Assembly: GCA_018609195.1 (NCBI GenBank)
Contig: JAHCSE010000001.1
Span: 9,559 to 73,558, forward strand
Source: Patescibacteria group bacterium
GTDB lineage: Bacteria > Patescibacteriota > Minisyncoccia > Minisyncoccales > RBG-13-36-15
DNA: 64,000 bases
Direction: 5' to 3'
The stretch's first letter is position 1; the number at the start of each line of letters is the position of its first letter. The position numbers and the translations under genes are program-made. Under the pieces are notes generated by a model, which saw only the letters and a list, made by a program, of their open reading frames with translations, did not search any database and had not been told where the DNA came from. Shown in pieces: positions 1 to 9,199 of the stretch.

Positions 1-310
1 CTCTAAAAACTAAAGCCAATTGGCAAGAAAGTAAGACCTCTTCTAAAACTCGCTCTTTCCAGCTGTAAAATTTTCTATTTTGATAAGCAATTTTCTTTAG
101 GAAAAATCTCCCTCCTTCACCCTTTCTTAGAATAACGATAGCTACCGGGAAATTCGGTTCCTTCCCAGAAGAGGAATCGCATCCAACAATGATATCATAA
201 AATTTTTCTGGATGCTGCATCATATAACCAATTAACTCTCCCATAACTTCCTTTACACTCAGTTTTCCCTTCGTGGGATTGTAAAAATAACCTTGTTGAA
301 ATCTTTCCAT
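1..310 (-). CDS. Hypothetical protein, partial. N-terminus at 310; C-terminus runs off the window edge.
   Basis: Minus-strand ORF from ATG at 308-310 (MERFQQGYFYNPTKG...GCDSSSGKEPNFPVAIVILRKGEGG...), open to position 1; not in ORF track because truncated. Confidence 0.4.
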   Translation of the reverse strand, partial: MERFQQGYFYNPTKGKLSVKEVMGELIGYMMQHPEKFYDIIVGCDSSSGKEPNFPVAIVILRKGEGGRFFLKKIAYQNRKFYSWKERVLEEVLLSCQLALVFR

Positions 311-343
311 GTTACTAAATAATAGCAAGAAGCTTTAAGGAAG

Positions 344-1105
344 TCAACTTCTACTAACTGCTTTTACTAATATAACAAATTCTCTGGGATCTAATGAGGC
401 TCCCCCAACTAATAAGCCTTGAAAATTTGCCTCAAAAATGTAGGAGGCGGCGTTCTTGCCATTCACGCTTCCTCCGTAGAGAATTTTTATGGTTTTAGCT
501 AATTTTTTGTCATAGATTTTGGAAATAACTTTTTTAATAACATCGAGAGATTTTTTAGCTTCCCTTGGTGAACAAGCTTTTCCTGTTCCTATTGCCCAAA
601 CAGGTTCATAAGCGATTGCTAATTTTGAGTTTTGAATGTTGAATGCTGAAATTTTTGATAGAGCTTTTTTTAATTGATTTTTTAATATTGTTTGTGTTTT
701 GCCCTGTCCTCTCTCTTTTCGAGTTTCACCAATACATAAAATTGGGCTTAATTTTCTCTTGAGAGTCACTTTCAATTTTTTATTTATCATTTCATCAGTT
801 TCCTTTAAATATCTTCTCCGTTCAGAATGACCAATAATAACATATTTACAACCTGAATCTTTTAGCATTTTAGGAGAAATTTCTCCTGTAAAAGCTCCCT
901 TTTCTTCCCAGAATACATCTTGTGCGCCTAAATGGGGTTTGTAGTTTGTAGTTTGCAGTTGGGATAAATAAAGAAATGGTGGACAGATAACCACTTCTAC
1001 ATTTTTAACATTTTTTATCCCTTTCTTAAGTGAATTAAAAAGCTGCTTAGCTTCAGTCAAAGATTGAGGGTTCATTTTCCAATTTGCGACAATGAGTGGT
1101 TTCAT
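344..1105 (-). CDS. tpiA: Triosephosphate isomerase
   Basis: 253 aa; N-terminus MKPLIVANWKMN, IGHSERR and YEPVWAIGTG TIM signatures. Confidence 0.9.
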   Translation of the reverse strand: MKPLIVANWKMNPQSLTEAKQLFNSLKKGIKNVKNVEVVICPPFLYLSQLQTTNYKPHLGAQDVFWEEKGAFTGEISPKMLKDSGCKYVIIGHSERRRYLKETDEMINKKLKVTLKRKLSPILCIGETRKERGQGKTQTILKNQLKKALSKISAFNIQNSKLAIAYEPVWAIGTGKACSPREAKKSLDVIKKVISKIYDKKLAKTIKILYGGSVNGKNAASYIFEANFQGLLVGGASLDPREFVILVKAVSRS

Positions 1106-2208
1106 TGTTTCCTTAAATATTCAGCTGCTTTTTCCGGCTCAATAGTCGAAATTTCTATCCCTGTTCCCAGTTCAAAACCGGCCCAGACCCCAGTTTTAGG
1201 TAATACTTCAAAATGCCAGTGATAGTGATCATAATTTTTGCCATCGCAGGGAGCAGTATGTAAGAAAAAATTATAGGCAGGGTCATTTAAACCCTTAAAG
1301 ACTCTTTTGAGAGTCTGTTGAAGAGCTTCCGCCAAAGCCCATTTTTGCTCCTCATTTACTCGTTCAAAATAGGCGTGATGTTTGAGGGGGAAAATTCTGG
1401 TCTCAAAAGCCACTCTGGAAGCAAAAGGACACAATACCACAAAATCTTTATTTTTAAAGATAATCCTTCTGCCGTCTTTGAGATCCCAGTCAATCATTAC
1501 GCAATGGACGCACTTTTTATTTTCTTCAAAAAAGCGTTCAGATCCTTGAAGACTGGATTGAATATCAGGATCGGTTAAGGGCATGGCAATAATTTGAGAA
1601 TGGGGGTGGAAAACTGATGCTCCAGCTTCTGCTCCCTGATTATGGAAAATGGAAACGTAATTAACAAATTTCTCATTCATTAAATTCAAATATCTCTCTT
1701 GATAGGCATCTATTACCTCTTTAATTTGCTCTATTGAAAATTGAGCAATCTGTTTTACATGATCTCGGGTGATAACTACCTCATGAAAACCCATAGCATC
1801 CATTAACTGATAAGGACCTTCGGTTCTTTCATTTAAACTGGTATCTCTGGCAAAAGCTGGAAATTTATTAGGAATAACAATAGTTGTCCAGTTTTTAGGG
1901 ATGTCTAGGGGCCCGTCTTTAGCAGGAGGGCGGAGGGTGGGTTGGAGACCAAAGGGTACTTTTTTGCCTTCAGTGAAAATCAAAGTTGGTTTTTCTTGAG
2001 TTTCCAAATGACAAAAAGGGCAGGTCTTTTTTGGGGCGATAACAACTTTCCTTTTTTCTCTTTTAAAGGTCTCTGGCCGCTTAGCTCTGGCTGTAGCAAT
2101 AGTTATCCAGTCTTTAGAAACAAGGTCAAAACGAAGTTCGGAGGGACAAACTCCTGGGGGGCAAACCTTTAATTCTTTTTCGATCATTTTGATATGTTTT
2201 TTAGCCAT
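1102..2208 (-). CDS. Galactose-1-phosphate uridylyltransferase-like (GalT/HIT superfamily) nucleotidyltransferase
   Basis: 368 aa; CPFC zinc site near N-terminus, HPHSQ (HxHxQ) active-site motif, second half-domain HYHWHFE. Confidence 0.7.
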   Translation of the reverse strand: MAKKHIKMIEKELKVCPPGVCPSELRFDLVSKDWITIATARAKRPETFKREKRKVVIAPKKTCPFCHLETQEKPTLIFTEGKKVPFGLQPTLRPPAKDGPLDIPKNWTTIVIPNKFPAFARDTSLNERTEGPYQLMDAMGFHEVVITRDHVKQIAQFSIEQIKEVIDAYQERYLNLMNEKFVNYVSIFHNQGAEAGASVFHPHSQIIAMPLTDPDIQSSLQGSERFFEENKKCVHCVMIDWDLKDGRRIIFKNKDFVVLCPFASRVAFETRIFPLKHHAYFERVNEEQKWALAEALQQTLKRVFKGLNDPAYNFFLHTAPCDGKNYDHYHWHFEVLPKTGVWAGFELGTGIEISTIEPEKAAEYLRKQ

Positions 2209-2932
2209 ATTTTTTCGTGATCACATTCCATCTTATTTGGAAAACCTCAAAAAGCATCTTTATCATTCCTTTCAGTTTTACCTTGCTTTCAGGATCATTA
2301 ATCCACTTTACCGGGATCTCTTTTACTTTATAACCTAATGTCTTAGCTATTACTAAAATTTCAACATCAAAAGCCCAGCGATTAATTTTACATTTTGGTA
2401 AAATATCATCTACCGCCTTTTGTGTAAATCCTTTAAAACCACATTGAGTATCCCAAATCCCCCACAAGCCAGAAACTACCTGAACAATTAAATTAAAAAT
2501 ATCCCCCAATCTCCTTCTTATGAAAGATTGAGGAACAGCAATGACAGCTCCCTTGATATCTCTCGACCCAATAACAACTTCAAAACCCTTTTCAAGCTCT
2601 GGCCACATTTTCTCAACTTGATCAATAGAAGTAGCATTATCAGCATCAGTAAACAATCTGTACTCCCCTTTTGCCTCTAACATTCCTTGCCTTACCACAA
2701 AACCTTTCCCATTATTTTCTTTATTATCAATCAATCTCAGATTTTTTATTCGACTTTGTAAATTTTTTACAACTTCGGCAGTCTTATCTTTTGAGCCATC
2801 ATTAACCACAACTATCTCAGAATCATAATTTTGCTTTCTTAAATACTTATCAATCTCAGTCAAAGTTTTTGGCAAACGCCTTTCTTCATTATAAACAGGA
2901 ATGATAACGGATAAATAAGTTCTATTTGGCAT
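2201..2932 (-). CDS. Family 2 glycosyltransferase (dolichyl/polyprenyl-phosphate sugar transferase-like)
   Basis: 243 aa; LSVIIPVYNEE...VVNDGSKD...TDADN GT-A fold motifs. Confidence 0.8.
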   Translation of the reverse strand: MPNRTYLSVIIPVYNEERRLPKTLTEIDKYLRKQNYDSEIVVVNDGSKDKTAEVVKNLQSRIKNLRLIDNKENNGKGFVVRQGMLEAKGEYRLFTDADNATSIDQVEKMWPELEKGFEVVIGSRDIKGAVIAVPQSFIRRRLGDIFNLIVQVVSGLWGIWDTQCGFKGFTQKAVDDILPKCKINRWAFDVEILVIAKTLGYKVKEIPVKWINDPESKVKLKGMIKMLFEVFQIRWNVITKKYG

Positions 2933-2960
2933 TAGATTATTTTAGCACAAAAATTTTTAG

Positions 2961-2998
2961 AAACAAAAACGGGGCGTTCAGCTAGCTGACACCCCTTT
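2961..2998. terminator. GC hairpin terminator (bidirectional), paralogous to 3345..3385
   Basis: AAAAACGGGGCGTTCAGCTAGCTGACACCCCTTTT. Confidence 0.55.
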
Positions 2999-3018
2999 TA
3001 AGATAGGTATTTTGTGAA

Positions 3019-3246
3019 TTAGAAGGTGATGAGATAGATCTGATCCCCTCTCGGTGTTTTACAGGATTTCACTTCACGGTACTTATCGGCGAAGAATACT
3101 CGAATCCACTTTATTGCTTGGAGTGCATCATCATCAGGATTGCCTTTATTTGGCTCAGCGCTCATTGAAAGCGTTACATTGCCAGGTCTATCATGCTGGA
3201 CTACTTGAACTCGGAGCTGAACTGTCTTGTCGAACAAAACTGTCAT
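3019..3246 (-). CDS. Hypothetical 75-aa protein in a GC-rich island
   Basis: Strong SD (AAAGGAGGT, 7 nt before ATG); higher GC than surroundings; flanked by two similar GGGGCG-stem hairpins. Confidence 0.45.
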   Translation of the reverse strand: MTVLFDKTVQLRVQVVQHDRPGNVTLSMSAEPNKGNPDDDALQAIKWIRVFFADKYREVKSCKTPRGDQIYLITF

Positions 3247-3290
3247 TCCCAGAACCTCCTTTTCTCCTCTGCCAAATGATCAGGACTTAT

Positions 3291-3340
3291 GGAATTTTGT
3301 GCTGATTGTAATATAATCTATTGTTATAATTCTGTCAATA
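3291..3340. repeat. Diverged copy of the map 3'-end region (direct repeat partner of 3680..3735)
   Basis: ggaattttgtgct........tataatctatt...ataattctgtcaata vs ggaaatttgtgct........tataatctatt...ccaaatttgtcaata (about 75% identical). Confidence 0.6.
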
Positions 3341-3344
3341 AAAA

Positions 3345-3385
3345 AATGGGGCGCTCAGCCACTCGAGCGCCCCTTTCGGATGTGA
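3345..3385. terminator. GC hairpin terminator (bidirectional)
   Basis: AAAAAAATGGGGCGCTCAGCCACTCGAGCGCCCCTTT. Confidence 0.55.
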
Positions 3386-3421
3386 ACCCATTTTAGGCCT
3401 GGGTGAAGGATGAGAGATTTC

Positions 3422-3655
3422 TTATCTTCTTTTCCCGAACTCTAACTCTTTTGTTATAACAGCTATCGCTTCCTCCCTGTTTTTAGCAAATCTTATCGTC
3501 TGACCGGAGACCCAGGCAGTCCATGGGCGCTGGCGCCAAGAGTAATGCGTTATACCAGTAAAAAATTCCCTCGGGAAGTTTTGCATTTGTTCCTTAGTAG
3601 GGTCTTCAATGATTTTTATCGTCCTCCCAGCCACTATTATCTCTCCTGGCTGCAT
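3422..3655 (-). CDS. Hypothetical 77-aa protein (inserted between map and its displaced 3' end copy)
   Basis: SD-like GGAAAGGGAGAG upstream; sits between 50-nt direct repeats that both resemble the map 3' end. Confidence 0.45.
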   Translation of the reverse strand: MQPGEIIVAGRTIKIIEDPTKEQMQNFPREFFTGITHYSWRQRPWTAWVSGQTIRFAKNREEAIAVITKELEFGKRR

Positions 3656-3679
3656 TTCTCTCCCTTTCCTATCTATAAA

Positions 3680-3735
3680 ATGCAGGGCGTGGAAATTTGT
3701 GCTAACTTCCCTATAATCTATTATTCCAAATTTGT
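3680..3735. repeat. Direct repeat partner; includes the genuine map stop codon and last codons
   Basis: See 3291..3340. Confidence 0.6.
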
Positions 3736-4470
3736 CAATACTCGGCTGCCATTTTTTGTTACCGCAATTGTTTGTTCAAAATGGGCTGAAAGAGAACCAT
3801 CTTGAGTTTCATAGCCAAACCCATCTTTTGTTTTTTTAAGTTTCCAATCCCCTATTGTTACCATAGGTTCAATGCAAATTACCATACCTTCTTTTAGCTC
3901 AATTCCTTTATGTCTTTTCCCATAGTTTAAAATTTTTGGGTCCTCATGTAATTCTTTGCCAATTCCGTGGCCACAGAGTTCTCTTACTACATTGTATCCT
4001 TGAGATTCCACATATCTTTGAATGGTATTTGAGATATCCCCTATGGTATTTCCTGGCCTTACTTTTTTAATTCCTCTTTTTAAAGCCTTTTTTGTTACTC
4101 TTATTAATCGTAATGTTTCCGGATTAACTTTTCCTACTGGTAAGGTCACCGCCATATCATTGTGAAAACCCTTATATAAAATCCCCAAATCCAAAGTTAA
4201 AACATCTCCTTCTTTCAAAACTCGATTAGAAGGAACAGAATGGACAATCTCTTCGTTGATTGAACTACAGAGACAGGTTGGAAAACCTTCATATCCTTTG
4301 AAAGAACATTTCCCCCCATATTTTAAAATCAGGCTCTCTGCGAGCCTGTTCAGTTCTTTAGTCGTTATTCCCGGTCTTACTTTCCCTATCAATTCTTTCA
4401 TTATCTTGCCAAGAATTTTTCCACCTTCTGTCATGATTTGAATTTCTTCTGAGGATTTAATCGTTATCAT
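3721..4470 (-). CDS. map: Methionine aminopeptidase type I
   Basis: 249 aa; typical MetAP metal-binding residues (D..D..H..E..E context: GHGIGKELHEDP, ICIEPM). Confidence 0.9.
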   Translation of the reverse strand: MITIKSSEEIQIMTEGGKILGKIMKELIGKVRPGITTKELNRLAESLILKYGGKCSFKGYEGFPTCLCSSINEEIVHSVPSNRVLKEGDVLTLDLGILYKGFHNDMAVTLPVGKVNPETLRLIRVTKKALKRGIKKVRPGNTIGDISNTIQRYVESQGYNVVRELCGHGIGKELHEDPKILNYGKRHKGIELKEGMVICIEPMVTIGDWKLKKTKDGFGYETQDGSLSAHFEQTIAVTKNGSRVLTNLE

Positions 4471-5159
4471 TTTAAAGCCTTTAAAATATCTTGAAAAACT
4501 GCCTCCACCGATTGTTCGCCATTAACTTCTTTTATTTGTAATCCGTGTTTTTTGAAATAATCTATCAAAGGAAGTGTTCTTTCTTGATATTCTTTTAATC
4601 TAACTTTAATCACTTCTCTGGTATCATCCTTACGAATTATTAATCTTGAACCATCTAAGGGACATTTTCTCAATTTGGCGGTTTCTTGTGTATACAAAAT
4701 CGGATGGCGCATTAACTTACAGATTCTTCTTCTTGTGCCTCTCCAGATAGATTGTTCTGGGCTTAATGTGATAAGAATTATTTTTATATTTGAGGCCTTA
4801 TATAATTTTTTTAGAAAAGGGGTAACTTCTTTCCCTTCGTATAGAGTCCGAGGAGAGCCGGCTATCGACAGTCCCTTCCCCACCTTTGCTAGTTCTTTAA
4901 TCTTATTTTTTATCCAAAAAACAATTAAAGGAGGACTCATTAGTTTTCCCCTCTCTCGCATTTTTTTTTCTTCAATTAAAAAATATTTCTTTCCTTTAAC
5001 AATAATAAAATCGTCTTTTTTAATATTTTTTAAATTAGCGTCGATAATCCTACTTGTCTCCAAGTAATACAAATTCAATTTCTCAGCTAATAACTCAGCT
5101 TGGGTCCCTTTCCCAGATCCCGGCGGCCCTAATAATATAATCACTTGTTTATTACTCAT
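4467..5159 (-). CDS. adk: Adenylate kinase (long form with Cys4 LID)
   Basis: 230 aa; GPPGSGKGTQ P-loop; LID region with RRICKLMRHP...CPLDGSRL zinc-type motif; conserved position secY-adk-map. Confidence 0.85.
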   Translation of the reverse strand: MSNKQVIILLGPPGSGKGTQAELLAEKLNLYYLETSRIIDANLKNIKKDDFIIVKGKKYFLIEEKKMRERGKLMSPPLIVFWIKNKIKELAKVGKGLSIAGSPRTLYEGKEVTPFLKKLYKASNIKIILITLSPEQSIWRGTRRRICKLMRHPILYTQETAKLRKCPLDGSRLIIRKDDTREVIKVRLKEYQERTLPLIDYFKKHGLQIKEVNGEQSVEAVFQDILKALK

Positions 5160-5178
5160 TACTTTCTTTTTGAGAACA

Positions 5179-6465
5179 TTAAAAAGTTTCGTATTCTCGC
5201 ATTTGAAGTTGGGCTCTGACTTGACGCATAGTCTCTAAAACCACTGAAACCACAATAAGCAAGGCTGTCCCCCCCACCAGAAACTGGAAAAGCACCACCC
5301 CAGTTATACCTTGAACAATAATGGGTAAAACGGCAATTGTCCCTAAAAATAAAGCCCCAATTAATAAGATTCGATTTAAAACATAATATAAAAAGTTGGC
5401 GGTTGAAGGTCCTGGCCTGATGCCTGGGATAAATCCTCCCATTTTTTGCAAATTAGAGGAAATGGCTTTGGGGTCAAAGGTGACAGCTGTATAAAAATAG
5501 GTAAAAAGGCCGACTAAAAGAAAATAGAGAATTCCGTAACTCCAAGGGTTTCTGGCAGGGTCCACAATACTTCCTATGGTTTGAGCTATATTTGAAATCA
5601 TACCTTCCCCACCCGCTAAAAAACTGGCAATCATTCCTGGGAAAAGTAAGATAGATAAGGCAAAAATGATTGGAATAACACCAGCTGGATTGATATTTAA
5701 GGGTAAATAGGTGGAAACACCACCGTACATTCGCATACCCCTGACTCTTTTTGCATAAGAAACCGGAATATTTCTTCTGGCCTCATTTACTAAAACCACT
5801 CCGGCAATAATAGCTAAGGCCCCAGCAAAAAAGAGCAAATAGGCGGGAATCCTTGAAGGATCATAAGTAATAATCAGTTGGCGGATATTATTTGGAAGAG
5901 CAGAAACAATCCCAGCAAAAATTAAAAGGGAAATACCATTGCCAATCCCTTTTTCTGAGATTAACTCCCCGAGCCACATTAAAAAAACAGCTCCAGCAGC
6001 GACAGTCAAAAGAGAAGTTAAAAGAGAGATTGGAGAAAGAGTCCCAATAATATTTTGACGCTGAAGTAAAATGAGAAGCCCGTACCCTTGAAGAGTAGCG
6101 AAAGGAACAGTTAAAAGGCGCCCATATTGATTAAATTTTTGGCGCCCCGTCTCCCCCTCCTCTTTATAAAGCTTCTCTAGCTGAGGAAAAATCATTGTGA
6201 GCAACTGCAAAATAATAACTGAAGTAATATAAGGCCCCAATCCCAGCATGATAATGGAAAGGTTATCAAGGGCACCGCCGGTAAAAATATTTAATAATCC
6301 CAAAAGTTGATTGGCCTCAAAAAATTCCCTCATTCTTGCGAGATCAATTCCTGGAATAGGAATATTAGCCATTATTCGAAAAATGACAAAAATTCCCAAG
6401 ATAAACAAGATTTTGTTGCGGAGATCACGGATCTTAAATATTTGGATGATTTTTTGATACCACAT
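5179..6465 (-). CDS. secY: Preprotein translocase subunit SecY
   Basis: 428 aa, 10-TM profile, conserved operon position after rplO. Confidence 0.9.
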   Translation of the reverse strand: MWYQKIIQIFKIRDLRNKILFILGIFVIFRIMANIPIPGIDLARMREFFEANQLLGLLNIFTGGALDNLSIIMLGLGPYITSVIILQLLTMIFPQLEKLYKEEGETGRQKFNQYGRLLTVPFATLQGYGLLILLQRQNIIGTLSPISLLTSLLTVAAGAVFLMWLGELISEKGIGNGISLLIFAGIVSALPNNIRQLIITYDPSRIPAYLLFFAGALAIIAGVVLVNEARRNIPVSYAKRVRGMRMYGGVSTYLPLNINPAGVIPIIFALSILLFPGMIASFLAGGEGMISNIAQTIGSIVDPARNPWSYGILYFLLVGLFTYFYTAVTFDPKAISSNLQKMGGFIPGIRPGPSTANFLYYVLNRILLIGALFLGTIAVLPIIVQGITGVVLFQFLVGGTALLIVVSVVLETMRQVRAQLQMREYETF

Positions 6466-6468
6466 GTT

Positions 6469-6900
6469 TTATTTTATTACGCCTCCTGCTTTCTCAATTT
6501 TCTCTTGAGCTTGCTTTGAAACCTGACATTCTTCAATTGATAACTTTTTTGTCAGTTTCCCTTTTCCTAGAATTTTAACCTGGGGCAATCTTCCTTTTAT
6601 TTTACGAAATATTCTTTTCTCATGCAAGACTTTAGGAGTAATTGTATCTCCCTCTTTAAATTTTTTTTCTAAAATTTCAACATTAATTACAGTTGGTTTT
6701 AATTGAAAACTCTTAAATCTATATCCTCTCAATTTTGGATACCTTTTTATCAATTCTCGAATAATGGGCTTTAATCTTCTGCCTGCTCTCGATTTTTGAC
6801 CTTTCATTCCCTTACCAGAATAAGTTCCGCGTTTACCCCCTCGGCCAACGCGCTTTTTTCTCTTTCTTTTATAATTTGGTTTTAGCTGATGAAGTTGCAT
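6469..6900 (-). CDS. rplO: 50S ribosomal protein L15
   Basis: 143 aa; KRVGRGGKRGTYSGKGMKGQKSR signature. Confidence 0.9.
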   Translation of the reverse strand: MQLHQLKPNYKRKRKKRVGRGGKRGTYSGKGMKGQKSRAGRRLKPIIRELIKRYPKLRGYRFKSFQLKPTVINVEILEKKFKEGDTITPKVLHEKRIFRKIKGRLPQVKILGKGKLTKKLSIEECQVSKQAQEKIEKAGGVIK

Positions 6901-6904
6901 AAAT

Positions 6905-6975
6905 AATGGCTAAATGGCTCAATGGTTAAATGGTTATTTTTAACATAGCCATGTAGCCATTTAACCATGTAACCA
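6905..6975. repeat. Inverted array of an 8-mer (4x ATGGYTAA, 6-nt spacer, 4x TTARCCAT) filling the rpsE-rplO spacer
   Basis: atggctaaatggctcaatggttaaatggttat ttttaa catagccatgtagccatttaaccatgtaaccat. Confidence 0.7.
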
Positions 6976-7449
6976 TTATCTCGGTGCTTTTAACTGTTTT
7001 AACGCCTCGATGGTCGCTCTCGCATTATTCAACTTATTGCTTGTCCTTCCCAGAATCTTTGATGAAACATTTTTTATTCCAGCTAAAGTACAAATCACTC
7101 TTACTGTTCCTCCTGCTACCAGTCCCCTTCCTCTTCTTTGAGGTTTCAATAAAACTTTAGCTGGCCCAAATTTAGCATAAACTTCATGGGGAATAGTATC
7201 TTCAACAATGGGAATGGTAATTAAATTTTTCTTAGCTAATCTGGTAGCTTTTTCAATGGCTTGAGCAACATTAAGGCCTTTCGCCACTGCCACCCCAATT
7301 TTCCCTTCTTTATTACCAGTCACCACCACTGCCCGAAAGCTAAAACGCCGACCACCGGCTGTCACCCGAGTCACTCGAGCCAAATCTAAAAGCTTTGATT
7401 CAAATTCTTCCTTTTTTTCTTCTGCAATTATTTCTACCATATAGAACAA
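6976..7449 (-). CDS. rpsE: 30S ribosomal protein S5
   Basis: 157 aa; dsRBD plus S5 C-terminal domain (GRRFSFRAVVVTGN, KGLNVAQAIEKA). Confidence 0.9.
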   Translation of the reverse strand: MFYMVEIIAEEKKEEFESKLLDLARVTRVTAGGRRFSFRAVVVTGNKEGKIGVAVAKGLNVAQAIEKATRLAKKNLITIPIVEDTIPHEVYAKFGPAKVLLKPQRRGRGLVAGGTVRVICTLAGIKNVSSKILGRTSNKLNNARATIEALKQLKAPR

Positions 7450-7860
7450 TTAAAATTTTAATCCTCCTTCTCTTGCTCCTTCGGCTAGCGCTTTTACTCT
7501 TCCGTGGTATTTGTAACCTCCTCTATCAAAAACTACTTTTTCAATTTTCTTTTTTAAAGCTTTTTCCGCAATTAATTTCCCGACCTTATAAGCTACGGCA
7601 ACTTTTCTCGTCAATTGCTTTTGGGTCTTTTTTATTTCAGTTTTTTGCCTGCCCCGCATCGAATTTTTGCTGGTGCGAGGTTTTTGAATCTCTTGGTCGC
7701 TGGAAGCTGCAAGAGTCTTGCCATTTTCATCATCGATTAATTGAGCATACATATGCTTTGCTGATCTAAATACACAAAGCCGAGGCCTCTGAGCGATGCC
7801 ATAGATCTTGGCTCGTACTCGTCTGTGGCGTCTAAATTTTTTTTGTTGCTTTTCTCGCAT
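7450..7860 (-). CDS. rplR: 50S ribosomal protein L18 (start chosen at internal Met; ORF extends to 7956)
   Basis: [28 protein letters not shown] core; the 168-aa ORF is long for L18, MREKQQ start gives 136 aa. Confidence 0.8.
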   Translation of the reverse strand: MREKQQKKFRRHRRVRAKIYGIAQRPRLCVFRSAKHMYAQLIDDENGKTLAASSDQEIQKPRTSKNSMRGRQKTEIKKTQKQLTRKVAVAYKVGKLIAEKALKKKIEKVVFDRGGYKYHGRVKALAEGAREGGLKF

Positions 7861-7956
7861 AAGATTTATAGCTGGTATTTTGTAGCTGGTAGTTCGGGAT
7901 ATTCGAATTTTTTCAAAATCTTCCCAAACTACAAACTGCCAACTACTAACTGCCAA

Positions 7957-8544
7957 TTAAGCTTCAGTTGCCGCCTTCTTTCCTGCCTTTCTTCGAATAA
8001 CTTCCCCAAAATATCTAATTCCTTTCCCTTTATATGGTTCAGGGGGCTTAACCTTTCTTATTTTAGCTGCAATCTGCCCCACCAACTCTTTATCAATTCC
8101 TGAAACAGAAATTACATTCTTTTCTACTGAAAATTTTATTCCCTCTGGAGCTTTTATTTTTACAGGATGAGTAAATCCAACTCGCAAAACTAAATCTTCT
8201 CCCTCAATTAAAGCTCGATAGCCCAAACCCTCTATTTCTAATTTTTTTTCGTAACCCGTAGTCAATCCCTCAATGGAGTTAGCTAAAAGACTCCTAGTTA
8301 AGCCCCAAAGAGCTTTAGTTCGCTTGGTTTCTATTCGGGGAGAAACCACTAAAATTTTTCCCGAGGGGCGAGCTTGAGGCGGGAGGGTGATCGAAGGAGT
8401 AGCGTCCTTCAATTCAATTTTAATTTCAGGCGGAAGCTCTTTCGAAAGCTCGCCCTTTGGACCTTTAATCGTCACTTTCTCCCCTTCAATTTTGACTTCA
8501 ACCCCTTGAGGTATTTCAATTGGTTTTTTGCCTACACGACTCAT
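7957..8544 (-). CDS. rplF: 50S ribosomal protein L6
   Basis: 195 aa; MSRVGKKPIEIPQGVEV... Confidence 0.9.
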   Translation of the reverse strand: MSRVGKKPIEIPQGVEVKIEGEKVTIKGPKGELSKELPPEIKIELKDATPSITLPPQARPSGKILVVSPRIETKRTKALWGLTRSLLANSIEGLTTGYEKKLEIEGLGYRALIEGEDLVLRVGFTHPVKIKAPEGIKFSVEKNVISVSGIDKELVGQIAAKIRKVKPPEPYKGKGIRYFGEVIRRKAGKKAATEA

Positions 8545-8548
8545 AAAT

Positions 8549-8938
8549 TTACCAAATTTCGCAAATAACTTCTCCTCCTATTTTCTGCTTCCTTGCTTCT
8601 TTATTAGTCATTAACCCTTTTGAAGTTGAGATAATTGCTATTCCATAACCTCCTCTTACTAGTTTTAACTCTTTTGTACTCTTGTAAATTCTCTGACCAG
8701 GTTTTGAAATCCTTTTGAGACTAGAGATAGAGGGTACCTTTCCTTCATACTTTAAAGTAATTTCAATAATTTTATTTATATTTTTTCCTTTCTTCTCCAC
8801 TTTTTCTAAAAAACCTTGATGTTCTAAAATTTTAGCAATTTCATATTTCAAATTAGAAAAAGGCACATTTACCTTCGGATGCGAAACAGCTTTCGCATTA
8901 CGTATTCGGTTAAGAAGATCAGTTATTGGATCTGTCAT
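8549..8938 (-). CDS. rpsH: 30S ribosomal protein S8
   Basis: 129 aa; MTDPITDLLNRIRNA N-terminus. Confidence 0.9.
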   Translation of the reverse strand: MTDPITDLLNRIRNAKAVSHPKVNVPFSNLKYEIAKILEHQGFLEKVEKKGKNINKIIEITLKYEGKVPSISSLKRISKPGQRIYKSTKELKLVRGGYGIAIISTSKGLMTNKEARKQKIGGEVICEIW

Positions 8939-9005
8939 AATTCATATTAACATTTAAACGTTTAAGTATTTTAACATTTTATTTGTTTGTATGTCTAAAT
9001 AAAAG

Positions 9006-9191
9006 CTACCAGCTGCTTTTCTTAACTCCTGGTATCTCTCCTCTATTTGCCATTTCCCGAAAACAAATCCGGCACAAACCGAATTTTCTCATATATCCTC
9101 TTTTTCTCCCACATCTAAAACATCTGCGAACAATTCGAGTCGAAAACTTTGGTTTCTTTAAAGATTTTGCAATCTGTGCTTTAGTAGCCAT
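9006..9191 (-). CDS. rpsZ: 30S ribosomal protein S14 type Z (zinc-binding)
   Basis: 61 aa; [23 protein letters not shown]. Confidence 0.9.
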   Translation of the reverse strand: MATKAQIAKSLKKPKFSTRIVRRCFRCGRKRGYMRKFGLCRICFREMANRGEIPGVKKSSW

Positions 9192-9199
9192 GTTTTGTT

